Shown here piece after piece: positions 26,835-35,938 of a stretch of DNA of 56,176 bases. The stretch lies in IMG/VR virus record IMGVR_UViG_3300036976_000004, positions 1-56,176 of that record; one strand, given 5' to 3'. The translations under genes and the position numbers were made by a program. This DNA is from a virus. Taxonomy: Duplodnaviria > Caudoviricetes. Position 1 is the first letter of the stretch, and every line of letters begins with the position of its first letter. Below the pieces are notes generated by a model that saw only the letters and a program-made list of their open reading frames with translations, had not been told where the DNA came from and did no database searches.

Positions 26835-27389
26835 TTAAATTGAATTATGTTTGTTTAAAAATATTTCTGCTTCTGTGTACAATTTGTTAGATTTAGGTTT
26901 CCTGAAATGAACTTCGAATAAATGACAATCTACAAACTCTCCATTCCTTAATGTTACATGGTCTCTTTTTACGCCTAATTCGATACCGTGTATTCCGAAT
27001 TGCTTAATGAATAACCTATCTAGTTTCAATACTCTAGTATTTGAGCTATAAACTCTCCAAGACATTTTATTGAATCCATGATTGATTAAGTAACAGATAA
27101 ATCTATTCATATCTTTTATAAATTCTTCTGTATATACATTATCCAGAAGGAATCTACAAATAGCTACATTGTCAATAGTGTTATTATACCTATATACATC
27201 GCATTGGAATAAACCGACAACTTCTCCGTTGCAAACAGATACTAACTGGATTTTACTCCAATCATTGTCAACTACTGTCAACTCGAAATTAGAGTAAGAG
27301 TTGTAATAATTAATACTTCTATCAGAGGTTATAAACCTTGTGTATAAATTGTTTAACTCTCCTTTATATAAATAAGCTTGTTCTAACAT
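26835..27389 (-). CDS. GNAT-fold (RimL-like) acetyltransferase-like protein
   Basis: FNKMSWRV..SN and G..LGVKRDHVTLRNGEFVD pattern; ATG 27389 with A-rich leader. Confidence 0.55.
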   Translation of the reverse strand: MLEQAYLYKGELNNLYTRFITSDRSINYYNSYSNFELTVVDNDWSKIQLVSVCNGEVVGLFQCDVYRYNNTIDNVAICRFLLDNVYTEEFIKDMNRFICYLINHGFNKMSWRVYSSNTRVLKLDRLFIKQFGIHGIELGVKRDHVTLRNGEFVDCHLFEVHFRKPKSNKLYTEAEIFLNKHNSI

Positions 27390-27510
27390 GTTTTTTTGTT
27401 TTTGTTTACACAAAGATAGTTATAATATTATTTAGAAACAAATTAAATAGCCCGATCAATCGACCGGGCTATAAACCTAAAAACTAAACAAAAACTAATA
27501 TATGGAATTG

Positions 27511-27584
27511 TGCGCCATTTAGGAATCGAACCTAAGACCTTCTGATTATGAGTCAGATGCTCTAACCAACTGAGCTAAAGGCGC
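27511..27584 (-). tRNA. tRNA with CAT anticodon (probably Ile2, possibly Met)
   Basis: gcgcctttagctcagttggttagagcatctgactCATaatcagaaggtcttaggttcgattcctaaatggcgca cloverleaf; no encoded CCA. Confidence 0.88.
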
Positions 27585-27587
27585 TAA

Positions 27588-27725
27588 TATCAGGCTTCCG
27601 TACCTGATACGTCTAGTTAAGGTTTTTCGTTTTACTACAGTTCCAGATATCAGCTCGCAGGGTACTAGCTATCACCTCAAACCCCGAACGGATTATATCT
27701 TTAAAACAGTCTGCCTTGCCAAGGA
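27588..27725 (-). ncRNA. Unidentified structured non-coding segment between tRNA genes
   Basis: Elevated GC, no ORF; hairpin tatcagg..cctgata 27588-27609. Confidence 0.35.
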
Positions 27726-27735
27726 ATAAAAATTT

Positions 27736-27810
27736 ACGATGGTGCAGGAATCAAACCTACCTATTAGTTTGCAAAACTAATACTACCTCTTAATTGGTAC
27801 TTAACCACCG
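27736..27810 (-). tRNA. Degenerate tRNA-like gene (loop TTTGCAA; TGC/Ala reading)
   Basis: Acceptor cggtggt/accatcg, extended anticodon stem, T-arm gtagg-tttgatt-cctgc; poor D-arm. Confidence 0.45.
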
Positions 27811-28001
27811 TTCTTTATTAATCAGTATAAATTACCGCTTCGGCTTACGGTTTAGTTGTTAGCGTTGTTTTCAAACGTTTCACACTTAATCTACCTTCAT
27901 CATACTGTTCTAATTATTTCAAAGAACTAACTTTCTTGCACCCCGGAAGCCCGATCCGTATTTTCAACAGAGTCGGGCTTAGATTTAAACCTATTTTTTA
28001 T

Positions 28002-28274
28002 TTAACCGTAACCGGAACCGTAACCGGAACCGTCACCGGAACCGTCACCGGAACCGGAACCGAAACCGAAACCGTCACCGTAACCGTAACCGTCACCGGA
28101 ACCGGAACCGAAACCGAAACCGAAACCGTCACCGGAACCGAAACCGTCACCGGAACCGGAACCGTCACCGGAACCGTCACCGGAACCGAAACCGTCACCG
28201 AAACCGGAACCGTCACCGTCACCGTAACCGTCACAGGAACCTTTTTCTAATCTTACTTCATCTACTGGTTCCAT
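28002..28274 (-). CDS. Gly-X low-complexity protein (G-D/S/F/Y repeats)
   Basis: Hexamer repeat tract; overlaps the 3-prime end of the DUF6948-like gene. Confidence 0.55.
   Translation of the reverse strand: MEPVDEVRLEKGSCDGYGDGDGSGFGDGFGSGDGSGDGSGSGDGFGSGDGFGFGFGSGSGDGYGYGDGFGFGSGSGDGSGDGSGYGSGYG
28005..28233. repeat. Tandem hexamer repeat (ACCGGA/ACCGTC/ACCGAA/ACCGTA)
   Basis: About 38 imperfect 6-bp units. Confidence 0.95.
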
Positions 28275-28651
28275 ACCTTTACGTTATTTAATGATTCTAC
28301 TGCTTTTGATGTCATAGGTATGATTTCAATTGCCATTAATGTAATTTCATTTACTTTGCATGGTATTTTACACGATTCAGGTTTAGATGTACCTTCCATC
28401 GCTAATTGACTTAATGAAGCTGCTCCAGCCCATGACCATATTCTCCTAGAATTTAACAGTTTAACTTTTATTCCATTCGGAACATCTTTCTCTTCAGCTA
28501 AATATCCATAATGGACTCCGGCTGAATATGTGCGAATCATGCACATCTTTAATCCTTCTGTATTTACTACTTCTTTATTCACAGAATCTTTAGGTACGTA
28601 AACTACACCTTCGATTGTTAATTCTTCTTCTTTAATGTTTTGTTTATCCAT
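28262..28651 (-). CDS. DUF6948-like protein
   Basis: IRTYSAGVHYG and RRIWSWAGAASLSQLAMEG motifs. Confidence 0.7.
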   Translation of the reverse strand: MDKQNIKEEELTIEGVVYVPKDSVNKEVVNTEGLKMCMIRTYSAGVHYGYLAEEKDVPNGIKVKLLNSRRIWSWAGAASLSQLAMEGTSKPESCKIPCKVNEITLMAIEIIPMTSKAVESLNNVKVWNQ

Positions 28652-28742
28652 TTCATTTCTTTTTAATTGTTTTCGATAACTATTGATCTATTGAATTACA
28701 AATATACAACTGTTTTTGTTTAAAAACAAACTAAATAAGTTT

Positions 28743-28991
28743 CTACACTAAATAAATATCTCTTCTATGTAATGTGTGATTCTTTACAATTGGAAGATCT
28801 ATTATCTCTACTGTGATAAAATCACCGTACATTGACAACACTCTTGCAATGTGTGATTCACATCCTAGATAAACTCTCACTTTGTCATTAACTTTTAGAT
28901 TGTTTTTTAGTTTATATGTTTTTAATTCTATGTGAATAATCCAGCAAGCATATAAACAGATTAATGTTAGAAAGATTAATGTTAATATCAT
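28743..28991 (-). CDS. Membrane-anchored hypothetical protein
   Basis: N-terminal TM, small beta domain; caagATG leader. Confidence 0.55.
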   Translation of the reverse strand: MILTLIFLTLICLYACWIIHIELKTYKLKNNLKVNDKVRVYLGCESHIARVLSMYGDFITVEIIDLPIVKNHTLHRRDIYLV

Positions 28992-29168
28992 CTTGTCTTT
29001 GTTTTAAGTTTATATTGTAAAAGTAATATAAAATCTAATACGATCGACAAAATAGTTTAATTTTATTCGTTATTTATACTGATTCTTAATAATATTCTTA
29101 TTATTTTAGTTTCTTTAAGTTGTTGATAATCAGGAGTAGTGTTAACTTTCTCCATCGGCTGGATACAA

Positions 29169-30587
29169 TTATTTAAAAAGCTGCGGATAAATAACTCTTA
29201 ATACATAAGAAAGCCCAGCTAATGAATCTAAAGCGTCATCTTTTTGATTACTCCCACCTTCTTTAGTTACCCGGAATGCTTCTTTCAGAAAGTTTATCAT
29301 TTCTAAGCTCTCTGGATTCTTTGGAAAGTAAAAGTTCTGCTCAATGAACCCGGCTTGCGCTGCCATTCGCTGTATCTTGTTTTTATTGTTTCTAATGGGT
29401 TTTATTGGTAGCTTAGTCCCTTTGATAATATTAGACATAAATAATCGCCCTGCGCTATTAGTTTCGATATATGTACTATCTAATTCGTTTTGCTCTAATC
29501 TCGCTAAGATAAGAGGTTCTAATACTGTTAAATTACTCTTACTGAATAATGCGTCTGTTAGATACACCTTTCCGTTAACAACCTTAACAGATGGGAAAGC
29601 TGTATTATCTGTTCCATCGTCAGCGGTGTCTATGTATCCTATCTTTACTCCGTCTATATCATTTAATTCATCGTAGTAATTACAGTTCTTAGGGTTAATG
29701 ATTAAACCTTCAGATGGTTGAGGGTCTTGCATATATTGTGTCTGGAATACGTGAGAAGTTTTAGGACTTTTAGCAAGCTCCATTATCTTATTCATTGGCA
29801 TTTTCCAAGGCCATAAACTTTTATCTTTGTATATGATAGGATAAACTAAATTAATTGCTTTAGGATTGTCTTTGTATAGTTCTAGAAAATAAGCTGTAGC
29901 ATCTTCTATCCCTGCTCTTTGCTGAATATTAATTATTGGTGTATCTGGGCTGTTCTTACGACTTAATATAGTATTACCTATTACACGTGTCACTTTAGAG
30001 TTAACCGCTGTCAAAGCTTCTGAATCATCTGTTTTATTAACATCGTCAAGCACTATACATCCTTCGAAATTTCTTATGTATTCTAATAGGTCAGCATCAA
30101 CCATTTGCCCTGCTCCAAACCCGGTTATCTGACCAAATATGGTAGCTGTTTTAAGTCCTCCCCCTTGTGTTGTTCTCCATAGGTTTTTAGCATTCTGATC
30201 TTTCTTTAATTCAACACCATACATTAGTTTAAAATGTTCATCGCTTACTATGTCTCTAATCCTAGTTGAAGTCTCTGAGCGTAATTCATCAGACGCAGTA
30301 ATGTAAAGCCAATTAGATGAAGGATTCATACCTATACCCCTGGATATAAAATTAACCGCTGCTAACTCTGTCTTACTAAATCTCGGAGGAATGTTGATAC
30401 CTAGATACTCAAGCTCGTAATTCTGTACTTTGTGCAGATGTTGGCATATGTCATCGTGATGCCAATTAGTTATAAACTTTTGATTACGTAATCTTTTATA
30501 AAAATATCGCGTAAAGAATAATAAATCATTATCACACTTTACACGACATACTTTTAATTTTTTGATTAACTCGTTATCTACACCCAT
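29169..30587 (-). CDS. terL: Terminase large subunit
   Basis: NIPPRFSKT Walker A, IVLDD Walker B, TQYMQDP, IDTA and DDALDS nuclease motifs. Confidence 0.92.
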   Translation of the reverse strand: MGVDNELIKKLKVCRVKCDNDLLFFTRYFYKRLRNQKFITNWHHDDICQHLHKVQNYELEYLGINIPPRFSKTELAAVNFISRGIGMNPSSNWLYITASDELRSETSTRIRDIVSDEHFKLMYGVELKKDQNAKNLWRTTQGGGLKTATIFGQITGFGAGQMVDADLLEYIRNFEGCIVLDDVNKTDDSEALTAVNSKVTRVIGNTILSRKNSPDTPIINIQQRAGIEDATAYFLELYKDNPKAINLVYPIIYKDKSLWPWKMPMNKIMELAKSPKTSHVFQTQYMQDPQPSEGLIINPKNCNYYDELNDIDGVKIGYIDTADDGTDNTAFPSVKVVNGKVYLTDALFSKSNLTVLEPLILARLEQNELDSTYIETNSAGRLFMSNIIKGTKLPIKPIRNNKNKIQRMAAQAGFIEQNFYFPKNPESLEMINFLKEAFRVTKEGGSNQKDDALDSLAGLSYVLRVIYPQLFK

Positions 30588-31105
30588 TTCTTATTATTAA
30601 CTATATCCCAAATAACTCTTTGATTAACACTATACTCTTTAGCTAATGCTCTTTGGGAATAATTACCGGATGAATACTTTTGTCTTATCTCTTGAACTTC
30701 TCTCCTGGTTAGTTTACTGCATGGATTTTCTTCTCCTTTTCTTTTTATCAACCCGGTTTCAATACCATGATTAACATTTTCTTTAGGGGTGCACCATTCT
30801 AGATTAGCAGCACGGTTATCTGTCTTAATTCCGTTTTTATGATTAACCTGTGATTTGTTTTCAGAATTTGGTATAAATAATTCAGCAACTAACCTATGGA
30901 TTTTAACTGTTTTACTTTTACCTGATATACTTAAATCAACTTCGCTATATCCGTATCGAGTCTTTTTCTGTTTAAGTGTTCTGCCATTATACTTACGATT
31001 AAATCTATCAATTCTGTCTAATGATTTAATATTACCTAAATCACTAACCATATAGTAAGATTCATAACCTATTACAGGTTTCCATATTTCTTTTTCAACA
31101 TTCAT
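30578..31105 (-). CDS. NUMOD4-HNH homing endonuclease
   Basis: EIWKPVIGYE..Y.VSDLG; IHRLVA, VNHKNGIKTDNR..NLEW; C-terminal HTH. Confidence 0.92.
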   Translation of the reverse strand: MNVEKEIWKPVIGYESYYMVSDLGNIKSLDRIDRFNRKYNGRTLKQKKTRYGYSEVDLSISGKSKTVKIHRLVAELFIPNSENKSQVNHKNGIKTDNRAANLEWCTPKENVNHGIETGLIKRKGEENPCSKLTRREVQEIRQKYSSGNYSQRALAKEYSVNQRVIWDIVNNKKWV

Positions 31106-31505
31106 CTTCTAAAGCATCGTTAATTTCCTTAACCTCTTCCTTAGTCACTTCTGCATTGTAATTAATGTTAGTACTTTCGACCTCTGTCTTGTCTTTCCAT
31201 CCCATGTTTTTAAGGGCGAACATATCAAACGTACTGCCTGATAATTCGTAGCTATTTTCCACTGTAAGTTTAGCTCTTTTTATTAAGTGTGAAAACTCTT
31301 CTTTTCTAGCGTAGTTATCTAAGCTTGATCTTTCACAAAATCCAAGAAATAATGTTAACCCAGTAATAGTTGCTTTCTCTTCATCTTCAATACATTTAGT
31401 GAAGTATTCAATACATTTAGCTTCTAATTCGATAGGATTATCATATTTAGGTGGTCTACCCCCTTGATTACCTAATGCAAACTTATTTCCTTTTGGCGCT
31501 GCCAT
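31095..31505 (-). CDS. terS: Terminase small subunit
   Basis: MAAPKGNKFA..GRPPKY, TITGL..FLGF and FALKNMGWKDK motifs. Confidence 0.88.
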   Translation of the reverse strand: MAAPKGNKFALGNQGGRPPKYDNPIELEAKCIEYFTKCIEDEEKATITGLTLFLGFCERSSLDNYARKEEFSHLIKRAKLTVENSYELSGSTFDMFALKNMGWKDKTEVESTNINYNAEVTKEEVKEINDALEDEC

Positions 31506-31629
31506 TACTTACTCCTTTCTTACTCGTTCAACCTATTCAATCTATCTATCTCAGCGGCTATTAATGCTACTGCAACTTTCAAAGCTGTCATTTTCTTTGT
31601 TTATACCTACATTTTTAATACAAAGTTAG

Positions 31630-32049
31630 TTAATTATTCTGTTCTATTAATTTTAATGCGTGTTTTAATCCATATTCTAACGCTTGTTCGTAAGTTTGAT
31701 ATTCTGCATTATCTCCATACATTCCAGTGCTTTTATCTGATACACATTCTATATCTATTGGAGAGTAAAACCATACCTGGTAATTAAAATTTACGCCAGT
31801 TGTGTAAAAGTCATATGTTATTTCTATATAACAATTGTGCTCTTCTCTCAACCATTTTTGAAGAAGTGATTGAGTTGGTGCTAAATAGTACTCTTTTAAA
31901 TCTTTGGTTATATTCACCTCCCATACTCCACGTAATAATTCATCGCAATCATTTGTATAATAAATATTAGAATTACCTTCTAAACCACAATTTTTAGCTA
32001 GTTTAGCAGTTTCTAGTGATATTATTTGTTCTTTCATTTCTTTATCCAA
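31630..32049 (-). CDS. Hypothetical Bacteroidota phage protein
   Basis: ISLETAKLAK, APTQSLLQKWLRE and TYEQALE.GL..AL motifs. Confidence 0.7.
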   Translation of the reverse strand: MDKEMKEQIISLETAKLAKNCGLEGNSNIYYTNDCDELLRGVWEVNITKDLKEYYLAPTQSLLQKWLREEHNCYIEITYDFYTTGVNFNYQVWFYSPIDIECVSDKSTGMYGDNAEYQTYEQALEYGLKHALKLIEQNN

Positions 32050-32239
32050 ATATTAAGTAACCAATTAAAAATCCCATACCTATGCCGTACAGATATAATA
32101 TACCTTTAATCACAACCGTATACTCTTCCATAGCTCTCAAGATATACCCCTCATACTTATCGGGTATTTGCATCTTGTGATTTTCCCAACACTGTTTTAG
32201 ATGCTTTTTTAATATTTCTCTCTTTGTTTTCATATTCAA
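32042..32239 (-). CDS. Small protein with C-terminal TM
   Basis: Coupled ORF in minus-strand operon. Confidence 0.45.
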   Translation of the reverse strand: MNMKTKREILKKHLKQCWENHKMQIPDKYEGYILRAMEEYTVVIKGILYLYGIGMGFLIGYLIFG

Positions 32240-32381
32240 TCCTTTTCATCTTGTTATAATTCTCAACCACTTGAAGAAATCTAAGCACAGATACTTTATC
32301 TTTTATAGGAATATTTTTGAATACTTCTATTCCACAGGTTTGATCTATTGTTATTTTCTTCTCTAGTGTTGATAGGTTCAT
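32157..32381 (-). CDS. Hypothetical protein
   Basis: Operon member; overlaps next ORF. Confidence 0.4.
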   Translation of the reverse strand: MNLSTLEKKITIDQTCGIEVFKNIPIKDKVSVLRFLQVVENYNKMKRIEYENKERNIKKASKTVLGKSQDANTR

Positions 32382-32462
32382 AATTCTGTATCATTGCGTT
32401 CCTGAAAGTATATAACTATACAGCAAATTGCAAATGCTATTATTACTGCGTATAACCACATA

Positions 32463-32651
32463 TTAATGAAGTTGACAACCTCCGTCAGTTGAAAAATATC
32501 TTTCTTTCATTCTTGAGTTCATAGGCTTAACAATAACATATTCCTCAAACCATTCCTCAATATCAATATCTTTTTCCTCTTCATAATCGATTCCTTTATT
32601 TTTAAGGTGATTTATGAATTGATCATAGTAATATTTATCAAGCTTGTTCAT
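32463..32651 (-). CDS. Hypothetical protein
   Basis: Tightly coupled ORF. Confidence 0.5.
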   Translation of the reverse strand: MNKLDKYYYDQFINHLKNKGIDYEEEKDIDIEEWFEEYVIVKPMNSRMKERYFSTDGGCQLH

Positions 32652-32653
32652 TA

Positions 32654-33064
32654 TTACTCTTCTTTTAGTTTTAGTTCTTCTGATGTTAAAGTGTGGTAAA
32701 GGTTTTGTAATTGGTGATATGATTTGATTTCTAAATTTAAATCTACTATACTCACCTCATTTTCTCCGTTACCATAGGTGGTTAATTGCTCTATCTGTGC
32801 GTAAAATTTACCATTAGATATAACTAATCTTAATACTCTTAATCTATCAATAGCTATATGATACCCATAATCCTTGTTTGAAAACTCAGATTTTAACAGT
32901 AATTCTCCTGTTAATGGGATAGGTTCAGCTTTCCATTTATCAATGAAAAATCCAGAAAATGTAACGCTATCAGTGGTTATCTCTTCAACTTTTATAACCT
33001 CTCCTGAATATTTTTCTTTAACTAAATTATTTAGTCTTAAATCTTCCGGCTTTAATTCTTTCAT
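32654..33064 (-). CDS. Hypothetical Bacteroidota phage protein
   Basis: DLRLNNLV, EPIPLT.E.LL and HQLQNLY..LT.EEL motifs. Confidence 0.7.
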   Translation of the reverse strand: MKELKPEDLRLNNLVKEKYSGEVIKVEEITTDSVTFSGFFIDKWKAEPIPLTGELLLKSEFSNKDYGYHIAIDRLRVLRLVISNGKFYAQIEQLTTYGNGENEVSIVDLNLEIKSYHQLQNLYHTLTSEELKLKEE

Positions 33065-33450
33065 TTTACATCAGTATTAAATATTCTTTGAAATAAGTTT
33101 CTGTTTTTAAGCCTTCTTATTGTTTCAGAACATTCTTCTAATTCCTTATTTTTATTATCAATAGATGTTTTGTAATTATCTAAAATAGATTTATAAGAAT
33201 TTTTAGATGATTCCAATTCCTTCTTAATTTCTTCTACGAATTCATCATTATCAGATTCAGGTATAAATCTGATTGGATCATATTCATCACAACCATCACC
33301 CCAAATGAATCTAAGGCCTTTGAAAAAATCAAACCCTTTGATGTTGTTAGTTAAATAATCTGCATACTCTCCTTTTACTTTCTCTTTCAACTCAATTAAT
33401 TCTCTATACTCAGAGAAAGGAACGTTTATTACTTCTACTTCTTTATTCAT
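33061..33450 (-). CDS. Hypothetical coiled-coil protein
   Basis: LKNRNLFQRIFN C-terminus; coupled. Confidence 0.6.
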   Translation of the reverse strand: MNKEVEVINVPFSEYRELIELKEKVKGEYADYLTNNIKGFDFFKGLRFIWGDGCDEYDPIRFIPESDNDEFVEEIKKELESSKNSYKSILDNYKTSIDNKNKELEECSETIRRLKNRNLFQRIFNTDVK

Positions 33451-33458
33451 CTTTGTTT

Positions 33459-33743
33459 TTATTTATAATCTTTTAACATTAAAGCTTTTTCAATCTCCAC
33501 CTTTGATAAATCTTCATATTCCTCACTAAGCAATCTAATGCTTTTCTGTAATAGTTCCATATGTTGTTTTTTATCAATCATATTAATGTTACCAATTACT
33601 TCATTTTCATCAAAAAGCTTTTCTGTTAGTCTTACAATTGAGTTTTTAAGATTAATTACTCTTTTAGTTTTTTCAATTGCTCTCATGTTGATTACAATTG
33701 AATTCATTGTTTTTGAAAATTCTGAATCTTTACTTTCTTTCAT
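33459..33743 (-). CDS. Hypothetical protein
   Basis: aaaaacaaaaacaaATG leader. Confidence 0.55.
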   Translation of the reverse strand: MKESKDSEFSKTMNSIVINMRAIEKTKRVINLKNSIVRLTEKLFDENEVIGNINMIDKKQHMELLQKSIRLLSEEYEDLSKVEIEKALMLKDYK

Positions 33744-33964
33744 TTGTTTTTGTTTTTAACACAGATAATTCAATCCGTAGTTGTTATTATTAATTTGAAA
33801 ATACCAGTTGTCTATGTAGTTCATAAACTAGATTCTAATGTCTTTAAATCCTTATGTTGAACCTCCGGTGTAACTTCCTATTAAGTCTTTATTACCGCAA
33901 CCTGTGTCTTTAATTCTCATAACTTATTATTTTATCGTTTATATGCAAATATAGTGAAAATTAA

Positions 33965-34141
33965 TCATTTCATACTCGTTAAATGCCACTTTTTACAAAT
34001 AGGACACTGATAATAATTCCGGGGTTTTACGTTTAATTTCTTACCCTTCTTGTAGAAATCAATACCAGATAAACGGCTTAATTCCTTCTTAGCTTCCTTT
34101 TTAGTTTCGTATGATATTTTATTACATACTCCTTTACGCAT
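33965..34141 (-). CDS. 58-aa putative zinc-binding protein (not in ORF track)
   Basis: C.KISY...YQCPICKKWHLTS; ATG overlaps upstream TAA. Confidence 0.6.
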   Translation of the reverse strand: MRKGVCNKISYETKKEAKKELSRLSGIDFYKKGKKLNVKPRNYYQCPICKKWHLTSMK

Positions 34142-34566
34142 TATATCTCAACGTTTTTTAGTGCAAATTCTCCTGCATGAGTTACTAAATCTTGGATGGT
34201 TTCAATCTCACCAAAATACCATAAAAACACTTTATCTTCTTTGAAATTCAACGCTGTCATTTCGTCATCGAATATTATGATATTGTTATTATGTTCGCTT
34301 GGAGCGCAACCATCAAATATTACTTTCTTTTCTGCTTCTTGCCACTTATCTAATTGACTCATATAATACAATAAATCATCAGGATTAGAATCTTCATCAC
34401 ACTTAACTGGTTCTTTCACTTCATTAACAAACATCTCCTTTTTCAGAGGTTGTTTAAGGAAATCATTGTGATTAACGATATTGTTATATGATTCTTCTAT
34501 ATCGTTTTGTGAATCACTTTCTATATCCACAAACTCACTCAGTGATATTAATCTTTCTATTTTCAT
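34141..34566 (-). CDS. Hypothetical protein
   Basis: LISLSEFV and FLKQPL...MF motifs of a Bacteroidota phage family. Confidence 0.6.
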   Translation of the reverse strand: MKIERLISLSEFVDIESDSQNDIEESYNNIVNHNDFLKQPLKKEMFVNEVKEPVKCDEDSNPDDLLYYMSQLDKWQEAEKKVIFDGCAPSEHNNNIIIFDDEMTALNFKEDKVFLWYFGEIETIQDLVTHAGEFALKNVEI

Positions 34567-34577
34567 GGTTTATTTTT

Positions 34578-34868
34578 TTAAAATTCAGTTAAAACCCAAG
34601 CATATACTATCCAATCTCTTTTGAAATTGTTATTAATATATTCTCTTACTTTTAACGCATCGTTTTTATCTACTATTACATTAGGATTGCTTTTATTATG
34701 TCCACAACAACTCCCAAATGTTACAAACCCTTCGTTCCATAATTGTTTAATTTCATCAACTATGCAAGAATCTATACAAACTGTCTTGTTAGTGAATGGA
34801 GGTTGTAATATGATTTCTTTCTTACTACCTCCCCATTCTGGTTTATTATAGCTTTGGCAGTTGCACAT
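34578..34868 (-). CDS. Cys-rich hypothetical protein
   Basis: MCNC, CIDSCI..EI..LW and GSCCGHN motifs. Confidence 0.65.
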   Translation of the reverse strand: MCNCQSYNKPEWGGSKKEIILQPPFTNKTVCIDSCIVDEIKQLWNEGFVTFGSCCGHNKSNPNVIVDKNDALKVREYINNNFKRDWIVYAWVLTEF

Positions 34869-34904
34869 TATTTAACAATTCAGAGTTTTATTGCTTTTTA
34901 ATTT

Positions 34905-35312
34905 CTATTCTGTTTTTGGCTCTTCTATCTTAATATTATTAACACAATTCTCAACATATGTATTAATTGACTTCTTCAATATTTCTATTGTTACATAGTT
35001 AACATTCATTATACCAGCAGCGTTAACGCAAGAATAATAAACGTCTAATATAGCTGAGTTGATTAATTTATACATTGAAATAACTTCCGGCTTACTTAAG
35101 TCAAATCCTAACTCTTTAGCATCTTGAATAACTTTTTCATCTTCAAAGTTTATTATTGCGCTGTTTTTAATTTCTTCAAACACACCTAATGGGACTGCAT
35201 TTAATTTCCAATCTTTGATTATTGATTGGGATTCAGTAACCATTTTATTTAAACCATTTAGCAAAGTGGTTTTTATGTCTTTTTTGTATTTCCTTAGTTC
35301 TTTATCTGTCAT
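34905..35312 (-). CDS. Hypothetical protein
   Basis: Operon member. Confidence 0.55.
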   Translation of the reverse strand: MTDKELRKYKKDIKTTLLNGLNKMVTESQSIIKDWKLNAVPLGVFEEIKNSAIINFEDEKVIQDAKELGFDLSKPEVISMYKLINSAILDVYYSCVNAAGIMNVNYVTIEILKKSINTYVENCVNNIKIEEPKTE

Positions 35313-35481
35313 CGTGTAATATGTTAAAATCTACTTTTATTTTAGTTCCGTATTCCCTGGAGTATTTTTCTTGTTTCTGTTTTCTTAATTCTTCGATTTC
35401 TGATTCTTTAATTTTGATGTTTACCTCTTCGTAAGGTAGTCTTTTACCGTTATATGGTTTGATCGTTGTTATTATCGGCAT
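35302..35481 (-). CDS. 59-aa hypothetical protein (not in ORF track)
   Basis: MPIITTIKPYNGK...; fills the gap and overlaps next start. Confidence 0.45.
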   Translation of the reverse strand: MPIITTIKPYNGKRLPYEEVNIKIKESEIEELRKQKQEKYSREYGTKIKVDFNILHDDR

Positions 35482-35532
35482 ATTCTTTTGCTTTGGATTG
35501 CTAAATTAATAATAATTAACGACTTATCCTAA

Positions 35533-35856
35533 TTATTCACGTTTTAAATTATCAAAATAAGCACGGATAACAACTATTTTAGTCATCGTTTCTAACTCTC
35601 GTTTAATCTTTTTGAATAGATTATTGCTTTCCAAGTTCCTGATTGCGGATTGATAAAAATCTACATCACCTCTCATGCAATTCTCTAACTTATTCTTATA
35701 GCGTTGAATAAGCTTTTTTCTGGATATTTCTCTCATTTCAGGTAAATCTACTACTAGATTGTTTATAACGTTTTCGTAGACATAGCAATATTCATCTTCT
35801 GATACTGGTTTACCTGATATGTATTTGTTTAATATTCGTGTTGATTCTATGTTCAT
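35533..35856 (-). CDS. Hypothetical protein
   Basis: Follows the closing core of cassette locus C. Confidence 0.55.
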   Translation of the reverse strand: MNIESTRILNKYISGKPVSEDEYCYVYENVINNLVVDLPEMREISRKKLIQRYKNKLENCMRGDVDFYQSAIRNLESNNLFKKIKRELETMTKIVVIRAYFDNLKRE

Positions 35857-35938
35857 GCTGTTTATTTTTTAGTAACGTTTCACAACTTGAGATATAAAAA
35901 ATTGAAATAACTTTTCATATCTATGTTTTATAGGGCAT

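Noticed and set aside
27860-27910. Hammerhead or twister ribozyme in the RNA cluster
   Set aside because: ATGATGA..GAAAC lacks the CUGA core, and I could not build the required stems
27936-28250. Thr/Val-repeat ORFs 27936-28250(+) and 27998-28234(-)
   Set aside because: Alternative frames of the hexamer repeat; the Gly frame has the coupled start and the operon orientation
31520-31591. 23-aa ORF MTALKVAVALIAAEIDRLNRLNE upstream of terS
   Set aside because: Resembles only the C-terminal fragment of a common phage protein; probably a deletion remnant, too short to call
31621-31655. Palindromic box at the terminase promoter
   Set aside because: The -7 element (caaagtta 31621-31628) is present, but the sequence at gap 7 or 11 does not match the consensus
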